Shown: in pieces, positions 9,903 to 19,777 of the stretch
How positions within the stretch are numbered: the stretch's first letter is position 1
How the letters are laid out: each line of letters starts with the position of its first letter
DNA from: Spirochaetia bacterium
GTDB lineage: Bacteria; Spirochaetota; Spirochaetia; SZUA-6; Bin103
Assembly (NCBI GenBank): GCA_965203905.1
Contig: CBDBDQ010000005.1
Coordinates: 6,944,001-7,008,000 of the forward strand
Length of the DNA: 64,000 bases
Reading direction: 5' to 3'
Position numbers and translations under genes: made by a program
The notes under the pieces: generated by a model
What the model saw: only the letters and a program-made list of their open reading frames with translations
Told to the model about the DNA's origin: nothing
The model's database searches: none

Positions 9903-12107
9903 ATGATGCAAGGCGAGCTGTTCGCAACCGATCCGAGAGAGGCGGCACCGGATCTGATGGCAGATGCAACGGTGCCTGCCGAGCCACGCTCCGGCCGCGG
10001 GCCGGTTACCGCCGCAGGCGCGCCGTACCGGCACGACTTCGGCGCCGAAGCGGTCGTCGCCGCCAGCGCCAGCGATGCGCTGCCGAACGACCGTGGCCAA
10101 GCCGGGCATCCCAGCCCCGAGGAGCCGCGGCGCTCGGGGTTGGAGCTGGATGAAGGACTGGGGCGGCTTGGGTTCGACAGCTTCCGGGCCGGACAGCGCG
10201 AGGCCATCGAGACCCTGCTGGAGGCCGGGCGGCTGCTGCTGGTGGCCCCGACAGGCGGCGGCAAGAGCCTGACCTACCAGCTCCCGGCGGCGCTGCTGCC
10301 GGGCACCACCGTGGTGGTCTCGCCGCTGATCGCCCTGATGCACGACCAGGTAGCGGCTCTGGGGCAACGCGGCGTCGCCGCCACCTACCTGGCCGGCACC
10401 CTGCCCTTCGACGAGGTGCGGCGGCGGGTTGCCGCGCTCGCGCGCGGCACCTTCAAACTGGTCTACGTCGCCCCCGAGCGGCTGGCCAATGATTGGCTGC
10501 GCGCGGCGCTCGCGCGCCTTCAGTGTCCCCTGGTGGCGATCGACGAGGCGCACTGCATCAGCGCCTGGGGCCACGACTTCCGTCCCGACTACCTGCAGCT
10601 CGACGAGTTGTTGCGGCTGCTGCCGCAGGCGCGGGTGCTGGCCTGTACCGCCACCGCCACGCCGGTGGTGCGCGACGAGATCCTGGAGCGCCTCGGCCTG
10701 CCCGCCGACACGCCGCAGCTCATCCACGGCTTCGCGCGGCCCAACCTGGCGCTGCGGGCGGTCGAGGTACAGAGCAAACGGGAACGGGACCGGCGCGTGG
10801 ACGGCGTGCTGGTCGAGACCCTGGGTGGCCCGGAGAAGGGCGCCGGCACCGCCATCGTGTACGCACCGACGCGGCGCGGCTCGGAGGAGGAGGCGCAGCG
10901 GCTGGCGCGGCGCGGCTGGAAAGTCGAGGCGTACCACGCCGGCATGTCCGGCGAGCAGCGCGACCGGGTGCAGCGAGCCTTCATGGCGGGCGAGCTGGAA
11001 GTGGTGGTCGCAACCAATGCGTTCGGCATGGGCATCGACCGCGCCGACGTGCGCTGCGTGGCGCACCTCGCGCCGCCCGGGTCGCTGGAAGCGTACTACC
11101 AGGAGGCGGGTCGTGCCGGCCGCGACGGCGAACCCGCCGTATGCCTGCTGCTGGTCTCACCCGGCGACATGGCCCTGCGCCGCCACCTGATCGAGAACGA
11201 CGCCGAGGGCGGCGAGGCAGGCGCGGAGTTGGTGCGCCACAAGTGGAACCTGTTCCTGGAACTGATGCGCTGGGCCGAGGGCGGGAGCTGCCGGCACGAC
11301 GCCATCCTGCGCTACTTCGGGGACGAGGAGGAGACCCTGGCCGGTTGCGGGCGCTGCGACGTCTGCCTGCGTATCGCTGACGCGCCGGAGCAGGACGACG
11401 AACAGATCACGACGCTGGTGCGCAAGGCGCTGTCCGGGGTGGCGCGGGTCCACACCCGGTTCGGGCTGGCGGCGGCGGTGAAGCTGCTCAAGGGCGCGAC
11501 CGACCCCCGGCTGCAACGCGCCGGGCTGCAGCACACGACCACCTTCGGCACGCTGGCGGACCACCCCGAGGAATGGTTGCTGCGCCTGTTGCGGCGCTGC
11601 GTCACCGCCGGCTGGGTCGACTTCTCCGGCGGCGACCGGCCGGTCGCGGTGATCACGTCCGAGGGCCGCGAGGTGATGCACGGCCGGCGGCCGGCGCGGC
11701 TGCTGCTGCCCCCGTTGCGGCGCTACTCGGACGCTGGCGGGTCGCAGCGGGGCGACGGCGCACCGTGGCTGCCGCGGTCGATTCTGGTGAAGCGCGACGG
11801 CGAGCAGGTGGCCGGCGCCGGCCGGCGCCGCAGTCGGGTGGCGGCCCACGCCGGCGGAGACGAGGAACTGGACGACCGTGGACGCGCGCTGTTCGAGGCG
11901 CTGCGCGCATTCCGGCTCGCCGAGGCGCGCCGTCAGCAGGTGCCGCCCTACGTCATCGCCAGCGACCGTACCCTGCGCGACATCGCGCAGCTTCGACCCG
12001 ACTCCCTGGGGACCCTGGAGCTGGCCCACGGCATCGGCCCGTCCAAGGTGGAACGCTACGGCGAGCAGATCCTGGCCGTCGTCAGGGAAGCCGAGAGTGG
12101 CCGGTGA
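9903..12107 (+). CDS. recQ: ATP-dependent DNA helicase RecQ (with RQC and HRDC domains)
   Basis: APTGGGKS, DEAHCISAWGHDFRPDY, TATAT, ATNAFGMGID, YYQEAGRAGRDG, Zn motif CGRCDVC, HRDC VPPYVI..D.TL. Extended -10 TGGTATAGT at 9875-9883 favours a start near 9903. Confidence 0.95.
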   Translation: MMQGELFATDPREAAPDLMADATVPAEPRSGRGPVTAAGAPYRHDFGAEAVVAASASDALPNDRGQAGHPSPEEPRRSGLELDEGLGRLGFDSFRAGQREAIETLLEAGRLLLVAPTGGGKSLTYQLPAALLPGTTVVVSPLIALMHDQVAALGQRGVAATYLAGTLPFDEVRRRVAALARGTFKLVYVAPERLANDWLRAALARLQCPLVAIDEAHCISAWGHDFRPDYLQLDELLRLLPQARVLACTATATPVVRDEILERLGLPADTPQLIHGFARPNLALRAVEVQSKRERDRRVDGVLVETLGGPEKGAGTAIVYAPTRRGSEEEAQRLARRGWKVEAYHAGMSGEQRDRVQRAFMAGELEVVVATNAFGMGIDRADVRCVAHLAPPGSLEAYYQEAGRAGRDGEPAVCLLLVSPGDMALRRHLIENDAEGGEAGAELVRHKWNLFLELMRWAEGGSCRHDAILRYFGDEEETLAGCGRCDVCLRIADAPEQDDEQITTLVRKALSGVARVHTRFGLAAAVKLLKGATDPRLQRAGLQHTTTFGTLADHPEEWLLRLLRRCVTAGWVDFSGGDRPVAVITSEGREVMHGRRPARLLLPPLRRYSDAGGSQRGDGAPWLPRSILVKRDGEQVAGAGRRRSRVAAHAGGDEELDDRGRALFEALRAFRLAEARRQQVPPYVIASDRTLRDIAQLRPDSLGTLELAHGIGPSKVERYGEQILAVVREAESGR

Positions 12108-12122
12108 GCAACGGCGACCCGG

Positions 12123-13013
12123 TTACTGCTGCTTGAAAATGTCGCCTAATCTGTCCTTGACCTTTGTTGCCGCCCCCTCGATACCATCCAGCACCTTGGA
12201 TGCAGCCTGAGCCAACTGATCATCGCTGTCACTGAACGCCCGTCGATATACCTCCTCAGCCTCCTTCCATGCTTCGCCCGGGCGTGGATCGCCCTCATCC
12301 CGGCGCGGATAGGCGCCGCCCAGCACCCGCTCGTAGGCGCCGCTGTCCACCCAGACCTTCAGTTCCGAGAGCCGCAGTACGGGAAAGGGATGGGTCTGTC
12401 GCAGCAGGTTCAGGAACTTGTGCACGCCATCCAGCAGATCGGCTCTGGCGTGGTAGTCTCCGGCTTGCTGCAGAAACTCGCCGATCTGCATCTGTGAGGT
12501 GTCGGTGCCCCCGGCGAGCTTCATCAGCAACGTGTTGTACGCTTCCGGATTCTGGCTCGCCAGGAGACCGGCCCGGTCCGCGCTCAGTTCACTCTTGCGG
12601 TCCCATTCCCGCAGAGCGATCTCTATGCCTCGCACCATGAGCCCTCCGATCGGAATGGCCGACAGTGACACACTCGTCAGTAGCCAAAGAAGAGTCTTGT
12701 ACAGCGCGTGGCCACTGCAGCAGTGGCCCAGCTCGTGACCCAGGACACCGATCATCTCGTCATCGTCGAGCGCTTGCACCAGAGCCGACTGAATGACCAC
12801 GAACGGCTCCTTGGCTCCGTACACCCCACCGTTGAGAAACGGGCTCTGCGCGACGAACAGCTCCGGTCGACGAGGCACATCCAGACGCATGCACGCCTGC
12901 GTAAACAGGCCGTTGAGTCGCGGAAACTGACGCTCCGAAACACGCACCGCCGACGCGAGGTGCAGTAGCCGCACCGATCGTTCGGTCGTAACGCCAACAA
13001 ACCATCGCATCAT
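12123..13013 (-). pseudogene. M48-family zinc metallopeptidase, apparently lacking its N-terminus
   Basis: GHELGH (HExxH), ELSADRAGLLA and THPFPVLR motifs. Homology begins abruptly at MMRWFVGVTTERSVRL, directly against an Rpn fragment. Confidence 0.7.
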
Positions 13014-13407
13014 ATATAGTGGTGAGCGTCGCTGGGACGCGCCGCTGACGCTGGCGGGGTTGCTGGCGGGCAGGCCGCAGGACCGGCCGGCGCCGCTGGC
13101 AGAGAAGTGGGGGGTGGCGCTGCCATCGATCCGCGAGTACGAGGAGGCAAGCGCAGTGTTGTTGGAGAAGATCGACCGCTGGGGAGAGGAAATCCTGGAG
13201 CGGGGCATCAAGCAGGGCATCGAGCGGGAGAAGGCGTTGCTGTGCCACCAGGCTGAGCGGCGGTTCGGCCCGGCGGCGGCGGAACGGCTGTCCGCGGTGC
13301 TCTCCGCCGTCACGGACGCCGACCGCCTCACCGAAGCCGGCGAGTGGATCGTGGACTGCGCCACCGTCCCCGACTTCCTGGCCCGCGTGGAAGGCTCCCG
13401 CTCGTAA
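13009..13407 (+). pseudogene. Fragment of Rpn-family (recombination-promoting nuclease/putative transposase) protein with DUF4351-like C-terminus
   Basis: IIYSGERRWDAPLTLAGLL resembles the Rpn VLYNGxxxWxAP motif; GIKQGIERE..LL..QAERRFG C-terminus. No PD-(D/E)XK N-terminus and the middle is shortened. Confidence 0.7.
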
Positions 13408-13690
13408 CGGCAGGCGCTACGGGCAGCGTCTGCCGGTGGCGACGTTCTGCGCGGGGCTCATGTCGTTCACGCTCCCGATGCGGTACCCGATCACCAATCC
13501 GTGATCATGGGATCGCCCTGGGGGGCCGCCCGGGCCACCACTCCCATAGCCTCCCCTGCCTCGCCCGTGGTTGCGGCGATGAATGGTATGGCGCCATATT
13601 CAACAACGGTCGCCGTCGCTCTGATCCATCCGAGCACCCGTCGCCAGTCGGTGTTGACACGCGGTGCCGAACGGGGCGTATTTTCTGCAC

Positions 13691-16390
13691 GTGCCAGCGG
13701 CCTTAGTCATCGTTGAATCGCCTGCCAAGGCGAACACCATCGCCGGATACCTCGGCTCCGAATACGTCGTGGAATCCTCCATCGGCCACGTGCGCGACCT
13801 GCCGGAGAGCGCGGCAGCCATTCCGAAGCAGTACAAGGATCAGCCGTGGGCGCGACTCGGCATCGATGTCGACCACGGCTTCAAACCGCTCTACGTGGTA
13901 ACTCCCGACAAGCGCAAGCAGATAACCAAGCTCAGGAAACTGCTCGCCAAGGCGGACGTCCTGTATCTGGCGACCGACGAGGATCGCGAGGGAGAGGCGA
14001 TTGCCTGGCACCTGCAGCAGGTGCTGAAGCCTCCCAAGCGGGTCGACGTGAAGCGGATGGTGTTCCACGAGATCACCGCTCCGGCGATCCGTGCCGCGAT
14101 CGAGGCGCCGCGCGACATCGACCGCCGGCTGGTCGACTCCCAGGAGGCGCGGCGCATCCTGGACCGGCTCTACGGCTACGAAGTGTCGCCGGTGCTGTGG
14201 AAGAAGATCCAGCCGCGGCTGTCGGCGGGCCGTGTGCAGAGCGTCGCCACCCGCATCGTCGTGGAGCGGGAGCGCGAGCGAATGGCGTTCGTCGCCGCCG
14301 AGTACTGGAGCCTGACCGCGACCTTCGCTGTGGCCGGCGACGTGGCGGAGGGCAGTCCGCGCGAATTCGACGCCGCGCTAGTCAGTATCGACGAGCGGCC
14401 GGTCGCCACCGGCGCCAGCTTCGACCGCGCCGGCCGGCTCAAGAACGACGCCACCGTCCGTCTCGACGAAGCTGCGGCGCGCACCCTGATCGCCGTACTC
14501 GCCGATACGTCATTCAGGGTGCTCTCGGTCGAGAAGAAGCCCTACCGGCGGCGGCCCGCGGCGCCGTTCATGACCTCCACCCTGCAGCAGGAGGCGAGCC
14601 GCAAGCTGCGCATGTCGGCTACGGTGGCGATGCGCACCGCGCAGTCGCTGTACGAGAAAGGCTTCATCACCTACATGCGCACCGACAGCACCACGTTATC
14701 GGATGCAGCGTACGGCGCGGCCCGCGACATCATCCGTGACCGCTACGGCGACCGGTACCTGCCGGCGGCGCCGCGCCGCTATACCAAGAAGGTCAAGAAC
14801 GCCCAGGAGGCGCACGAAGCGATCCGTCCCGCCGGCAACCGCTTTCGCCTGCCGGAGGAGGTCGGACGCGCGGTGCCGCGCCAGGAGGCGGCGCTCTACG
14901 ACCTGATCTGGAAGCGTACCGTGGCCTCGCAGATGACCGACACCGTGGGCAGCACGGTCCACGTCCGCGTCGGCGGCACGGCCAGCGACGGCCGCGATGC
15001 GGAGTTCGCCGCCGCCGGCACCACCATCACCCACTACGGCTTTCGGCGCGTCTACTCGGAAGGCACCGACGAGGAACGGGGTGCGGCCGACGCGCGGCCG
15101 GATGGCGATCAGGAACGCCAGCTTCCGGCCCTGGCCGAGGGCGACGCCGCCGCCGCCCGCGCGATCGAGCCCACCGGCCACGCCACGCAGCCGCCGGCGC
15201 GGTTCACCGAGGCATCCCTGGTCAGGCAGTTGGAGACCCTGGGCGTCGGCCGTCCCTCCACCTACGCCACCATCATGACCACCATTCAGGACCGCGGCTA
15301 CGTGTGGAAGAAGGGCACCGCGCTCATTCCCACCTTTACCGCGTTCTCGGTGGTCAACCTGCTGGAGCGACACTTCTCCGACCTGGTCGATTACGCCTTC
15401 ACGGCGCGCATGGAGGATGAACTCGACAACATCGCCACCGGCGACGAGGAAGTGCGGCCGTGGTTGAGCCGATTCTACTTCGGCGCCGGGGAGAACGGTG
15501 ATCCGGGCCTGAAGGCGATGGTGTCGGACCGGCTCGGTGACATCGATGCCCGCGCCGTCAACTCGGTGGTGATCGGCGGCGGCCGGGACAGCGACGGCGA
15601 TGGCGGCGGCATCGTGGTCCGCGTGGGCCGCTACGGCACCTACCTGCAGCGCGGCGAGGCACGCGCCAATGTACCGGCCGAGGTCGCTCCCGACGAACTC
15701 ACGCTGGAGCGCGCGCTGGAGCTGATTCAGACGCCGAACGACGACCGGGTGCTCGGCGCTGACCCGGACAGCGGTCTGCCGGTGATCGCCCGTGCGGGGC
15801 GGTTCGGTCCCTACGTCCAGGTGGGCGAGGCGGACGGGACGGCCAAGGAGAAGCCGAAGACCGCGTCGCTGCTGGCGAGCATGAGCCTGGAAACCGTGAC
15901 CCTGGACCAGGCACTGAAGGTACTGTCGCTGCCGCGCGTAATCGGGACAGGCGCCGACGGCACCCCGGTCAGCGCCCACAACGGCCGCTACGGCCCCTAC
16001 ATCAAGAAGGGTAACGACAATCGCACGCTGGACTCGGAGGAGTTGCTGTTCACGATCACCCTGGAGCAGTGCGAGCGGATCCTGGCGCAACCCAAGCGCC
16101 GGCGCTCCCAGGCGGCCAAGGCGCCGTTGAAGGAGCTGGGCCCCGATCCGGCCACCGATCGCCCGATGGTGGTCAAGGAGGGGCGCTTCGGTCCCTACGT
16201 CACCGACGGCGAAACCAACGCTTCGCTACGCACCGGCGACTCGGTGGAGACCATCACCCCCGAGCGTGCCGCCGAGCTCCTCGTGCTGCGCCGCGAGCGC
16301 GGCCCGGCCCCGAAGCGGCGCTCCCCCGCCAAGCGTTCCGGCACTACGAGGCGAGCCACCCCGACCCGGCGCCGCACCGCGCCCAAGTAG
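13691..16390 (+). CDS. topA: Type I DNA topoisomerase with actinobacterial-type C-terminal repeats
   Basis: LVIVESPAKA, LATDEDREGE, SAGRVQS, ITYMRTDS, AQEAHEAIRP, GRPSTY and GR(F/Y)GPY repeats. TTGACA...TATTTT lies 6 nt before GTG 13691. Confidence 0.97.
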   Translation: MPAALVIVESPAKANTIAGYLGSEYVVESSIGHVRDLPESAAAIPKQYKDQPWARLGIDVDHGFKPLYVVTPDKRKQITKLRKLLAKADVLYLATDEDREGEAIAWHLQQVLKPPKRVDVKRMVFHEITAPAIRAAIEAPRDIDRRLVDSQEARRILDRLYGYEVSPVLWKKIQPRLSAGRVQSVATRIVVERERERMAFVAAEYWSLTATFAVAGDVAEGSPREFDAALVSIDERPVATGASFDRAGRLKNDATVRLDEAAARTLIAVLADTSFRVLSVEKKPYRRRPAAPFMTSTLQQEASRKLRMSATVAMRTAQSLYEKGFITYMRTDSTTLSDAAYGAARDIIRDRYGDRYLPAAPRRYTKKVKNAQEAHEAIRPAGNRFRLPEEVGRAVPRQEAALYDLIWKRTVASQMTDTVGSTVHVRVGGTASDGRDAEFAAAGTTITHYGFRRVYSEGTDEERGAADARPDGDQERQLPALAEGDAAAARAIEPTGHATQPPARFTEASLVRQLETLGVGRPSTYATIMTTIQDRGYVWKKGTALIPTFTAFSVVNLLERHFSDLVDYAFTARMEDELDNIATGDEEVRPWLSRFYFGAGENGDPGLKAMVSDRLGDIDARAVNSVVIGGGRDSDGDGGGIVVRVGRYGTYLQRGEARANVPAEVAPDELTLERALELIQTPNDDRVLGADPDSGLPVIARAGRFGPYVQVGEADGTAKEKPKTASLLASMSLETVTLDQALKVLSLPRVIGTGADGTPVSAHNGRYGPYIKKGNDNRTLDSEELLFTITLEQCERILAQPKRRRSQAAKAPLKELGPDPATDRPMVVKEGRFGPYVTDGETNASLRTGDSVETITPERAAELLVLRRERGPAPKRRSPAKRSGTTRRATPTRRRTAPK

Positions 16391-16415
16391 CCGGGCCACC
16401 GATCGGCGGCCCGGC
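16390..16415. terminator. GC hairpin between convergent topA and coiled-coil nuclease-like gene
   Basis: GCCGGGCC-accgatcggc-GGCCCGGC inverted repeat immediately after the topA stop. Confidence 0.55.
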
Positions 16416-16463
16416 GGCGGCGACTATCGCGGCCGCCCAGAGGTCATGCTTGCGACGCCGCCT

Positions 16464-17150
16464 TCAGGCCGGCGCGCTCACCGGTTGGCGGCTGCCGAAT
16501 GTGCGCGGCCGGAAGTCCTCCCGGTTGGTGACGCTCGCGCTGCTGCCGGTTGCCCGAATCACGAACAGCCCCTGCCCCTCGGCATACTTGTCCGACGACT
16601 CGTCCGCCTTCAGGTAGGCCACCGCTCCATACGCGACATGACCCGCGTACTCCGGCATCAGCTCGGTGAAGTTCCGCAGCGTGTCCAGGAAATGATCGAC
16701 GTCGCGTACCTTCAACGTGGTCTTGACCTCCACGGCCACCACCTCGCTGCTGTTCACCGCGAGGATGTCGATCTCCCAGGTGCGCCCGCCGAAATTGCGC
16801 TCCAGGTTGGTCATGGTATGATGCACCTCAATGCTGCGGCGGTTAAGGAGTGCGACCAGATCGCCCTTGACCAGCGCTTCGATCAGCTTGCCCCACTGAC
16901 TGTTGAACAGCTCTTCGGTCTTGCGCAGTCGCCGGTCGGTCTCCCGCATCTGGCGGCGGGTTTCCTGCGTCTGGCGGTCCGTCTCCTGCATACGACGGTC
17001 GGTCTCCTGCATGCGACGATCCGTCTCCTGCATGCGACGATCCGTCTCCTGCATGCGACGATCCGTCTCCCGCTGACTCTCCGACAACTCGTGCAGGATC
17101 GCGCGGATCTCTTGCCAGGTGGCGCCGTTGTGCTCTCCGCTCTCAGCCAT
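16464..17150 (-). CDS. Coiled-coil (QETDRRM repeats) + PD-(D/E)XK-like domain protein, copy 1 (DUF3782-like architecture)
   Basis: Heptad repeats followed by WGKLIEALV, WEIDILAVN and VAVEVKTTL (D...ExK). Confidence 0.8.
   Translation of the reverse strand: MAESGEHNGATWQEIRAILHELSESQRETDRRMQETDRRMQETDRRMQETDRRMQETDRQTQETRRQMRETDRRLRKTEELFNSQWGKLIEALVKGDLVALLNRRSIEVHHTMTNLERNFGGRTWEIDILAVNSSEVVAVEVKTTLKVRDVDHFLDTLRNFTELMPEYAGHVAYGAVAYLKADESSDKYAEGQGLFVIRATGSSASVTNREDFRPRTFGSRQPVSAPA
16930..17072. repeat. 21-bp in-frame tandem repeat (QETDRRM heptads)
   Basis: Unit TCCGTCTCCTGCATGCGACGA plus degenerate units; the second gene copy has one unit fewer. Confidence 0.9.
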
Positions 17151-17364
17151 TCGGTGTTCCCCCCAGGATCATGGTATCGCCCGGGACAGCCGTTGTCCTG
17201 CTCCCGGATGGACGGAGCGACGGACAGCATGCGTCCTCAGTGAGGCGGCCTCCCTGGTCGCCCTGCAATTCTCCCCATCAGCCGTGCTTCAAGGCCTTCA
17301 AGCCAGTGCAGCAGCAAGCGCCAGACATCCGGTGGTCTCGACCGGTCGGCCCTCGGACGTGCCG

Positions 17365-17490
17365 TGGCCAGAAACCGCAGAGGGTGTTGGCGCTGCCGCG
17401 CTTGGTCGGCACGGCCGCCGACGGTACACCGGTGACCGCCCACCACGGCACGGCCGACGGGCCTACATCACCAAGTGCGGCGACAAGCGC
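17365..17490 (+). pseudogene. Degenerate duplicate fragment of the topA C-terminal region
   Basis: RVLALPRLVGTAADGTPVTAHHG..(frameshift)..YITKCGDKR aligns with topA KVLSLPRVIGTGADGTPVSAHNGRYGPYIKKGNDNR (~15915-16024). Confidence 0.8.
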
Positions 17491-17550
17491 CGTTGCGTGG
17501 TGGCAATGGCGATCGGCAGATCGACCGGCTGGGGACTTGCAAGGCCACCC

Positions 17551-18219
17551 TCAGGCCGGCGCGCCCGTTACCGGTTGGCGCCCTCCGAACCTGCGGGGCC
17601 GGAAGTCCTCCCGGTTGGTGATGCTGGCACTGCTGCCGGTCGCCCGAATCACGAACAGCCCCTGCCCCTCGGCATACTTATCCGACGACTCGTCCGCTTT
17701 CAGGTAGGCCACCGCTCCATACGCGACATGACCCGCGTACTCCGGCATCAGCTCGGTGAAGTTCCGCAGCGTGTCCAGGAAATGATCGACGTCGCGTACC
17801 TTCAACGTGGTCTTGACCTCCACGGCCACCACCTCGCTGCTGTTCACCGCGAGGATGTCGATCTCCCAGGTGCGCCCGCCGAAATTGCGCTCCAGGTTGG
17901 TCATGGTATGATGCACCTCAATGCTGCGGCGGTTAAGGAGTGCGACCAGATCGCCCTTGACCAGCGCTTCGATCAGCTTGCCCCACTGACTGTTGAACAG
18001 CTCTTCGGTCTTGCGCAGTCGCCGGTCGGTCTCCCGCATCTGGCGGCGGGTTTCCTGCGTCTGGCGGTCCGTCTCCTGCATACGACGGTCGGTCTCCTGC
18101 ATGCGACGATCCGTCTCCTGCATGCGACGATCCGTCTCCCGCTGACTCTCCGACAACTCGTGCAGGATCGCGCGGATCTCTTGCCAGGAGGCGCCGTTGC
18201 GCTCGCCACTCTCAGCCAT
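17551..18219 (-). CDS. Coiled-coil + PD-(D/E)XK-like domain protein, copy 2
   Basis: Nearly identical to 16464-17150; one heptad shorter and divergent only at the termini. Confidence 0.8.
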   Translation of the reverse strand: MAESGERNGASWQEIRAILHELSESQRETDRRMQETDRRMQETDRRMQETDRQTQETRRQMRETDRRLRKTEELFNSQWGKLIEALVKGDLVALLNRRSIEVHHTMTNLERNFGGRTWEIDILAVNSSEVVAVEVKTTLKVRDVDHFLDTLRNFTELMPEYAGHVAYGAVAYLKADESSDKYAEGQGLFVIRATGSSASITNREDFRPRRFGGRQPVTGAPA

Positions 18220-18390
18220 TTTGGTGTCCCCCAGGATCATGGTATCGTCCGGGACAGCCGTTGTCCTGCTTCCGGATGGACGGAGCGACGGACAGCATGC
18301 GTCCTCAGTGAGGCGGCCTCCCTGGTCGCCCTGCCATTGTACACCGACTCACCATCAGCCGTGCTTCGAGGGCGGTGCTATAGTGGTCCG

Positions 18391-19773
18391 GTGGCCACGC
18401 TGCTGTTCTTCGACGACTTCTACCTGAACCGCTGGGAAAACCTGCGGCGCCGCATCGGGCAACCGGAACTGGTGCCGGAGGCCACCTACAGCGACCCGGA
18501 GTTCTGGCTGGCCTCCGCCTACCCTACGGTGTTCCGCGACGCGAGCGGCATCTGGCGCTGCCTGTACCAGGGCAAGCCGCGCGCGGAGCCGCAGGAGCAG
18601 CGCTATCCGCTGCTGCTGGAAAGCGACGACGGCCTGCGCTGGCAGGCGCCGGACCTGACGCATGCCGTGCCACTGGACGAGCGCAGGTTCCGCAACCAGG
18701 TGATGCCCGTGACTCGGTTCCGCGAGTGGGACTGCTACTTCGACGCCCGCGCCGAGGATCCGCAGGAACGCCTCAAGGCGCTGGTCACCCACCCCTCCGG
18801 CACCAGCCTGTGGACCTCCGCGGACGGCCGGCGCTGGCGCGAGCTTCCCGGCGTACGGTGGCGCGCCGGAGCGCCCGATCCCCCCAGCACCGCGTTCTGG
18901 AACGAGCTGCGCAACTCGTACGTGATCAGCGCCCGTCCGACACCGCACAACCGGCCGCGACGGGTGGCGTTCTCGGAAACCAGGGACTGGCGCACGTTCA
19001 CCGAGCCGGAGCTGATCCTGACCTGCGACGCGCTGGACACTCCCCTGGCCGAGATCTACGGCATGATCGTGTTCCCCTACGAGGGCAAGTTCGTGGGGCT
19101 GCTGTGGATCTTCCATGTCGATCCGCACATTCCCAACAAGTACTTCGGCGGCGCCACCGACTGCCAGCTCGCCTACAGCTACAACGGCTGGCACTTCCAG
19201 CGCACCTTGCGTGAGCCGCTGTTTCCCAGCCCGGAGTTTGGCGCGCCCGGAGCCGGCACCCTGCGGCCGATCTCGCTGTTGGTCCACGAGCGGCAGATCC
19301 GGATCTACTCCAGCGCCTCGTACCTTGAGCATGGCCACCACGTCGCCGGCCACGATCCGGGAGCGCTGCTGATGCATCGCCTGCGCCTCGACGGCTTCGT
19401 CTACCTGGAATCCACCGGCGGCCCCGGACTCCTCGCCACGCGGCCCCTGTTCCTGCGCTCCGGCGACGTGCGCCTGAACGTCCAGGCGGCCCACGAGGTG
19501 CGGGTGCAGGTGACCGATCCCGAGGGCCGGTCGCTTCCCGGCTACACCTTCGCCGACGCCGAGCCGCTGCGCGGCGACGAGCTGTTCTGGACCCCGCGCT
19601 GGCGCAACCGGCGCTTGGAGGAGCTTACCCGGCAGGTGGTATGCCTGGAGATCCGTCTCCACCAGGCGCGCATCTACGCCGTCCGCGGGGACTTCGTCCC
19701 TACCATCCCCAGCGCCGCGCGCCGCTATGCGGAGACCGGCACGGAGCCGCAGTTCCAGCCGGGCCTGGAGTAG
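18391..19773 (+). CDS. Uncharacterised glycosidase-like (5-bladed propeller + C-terminal beta-sandwich) protein
   Basis: Starts LLFFDD; has ESDDGLRW, a QLAYSYNGWHF Asp-box-like motif and LRLDGFV. GTG lies 6 nt after TGCTATAGT. Confidence 0.7.
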   Translation: MATLLFFDDFYLNRWENLRRRIGQPELVPEATYSDPEFWLASAYPTVFRDASGIWRCLYQGKPRAEPQEQRYPLLLESDDGLRWQAPDLTHAVPLDERRFRNQVMPVTRFREWDCYFDARAEDPQERLKALVTHPSGTSLWTSADGRRWRELPGVRWRAGAPDPPSTAFWNELRNSYVISARPTPHNRPRRVAFSETRDWRTFTEPELILTCDALDTPLAEIYGMIVFPYEGKFVGLLWIFHVDPHIPNKYFGGATDCQLAYSYNGWHFQRTLREPLFPSPEFGAPGAGTLRPISLLVHERQIRIYSSASYLEHGHHVAGHDPGALLMHRLRLDGFVYLESTGGPGLLATRPLFLRSGDVRLNVQAAHEVRVQVTDPEGRSLPGYTFADAEPLRGDELFWTPRWRNRRLEELTRQVVCLEIRLHQARIYAVRGDFVPTIPSAARRYAETGTEPQFQPGLE

Positions 19774-19777
19774 TCGA

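Noticed and set aside
13014-13364. N-terminal part of the 413-aa peptidase ORF
   Set aside because: It is the antisense reading of the Rpn fragment, not peptidase sequence.
16930-17072. 21-bp tandem repeats as a CRISPR array
   Set aside because: No spacers, the repeats are in-frame coiled-coil heptads, and there are no cas genes.
17119-18390. N-terminal half of the 884-aa ORF as a fusion protein
   Set aside because: It is the antisense shadow of the duplicated gene; the real gene starts at GTG 18391 after a -10 box.
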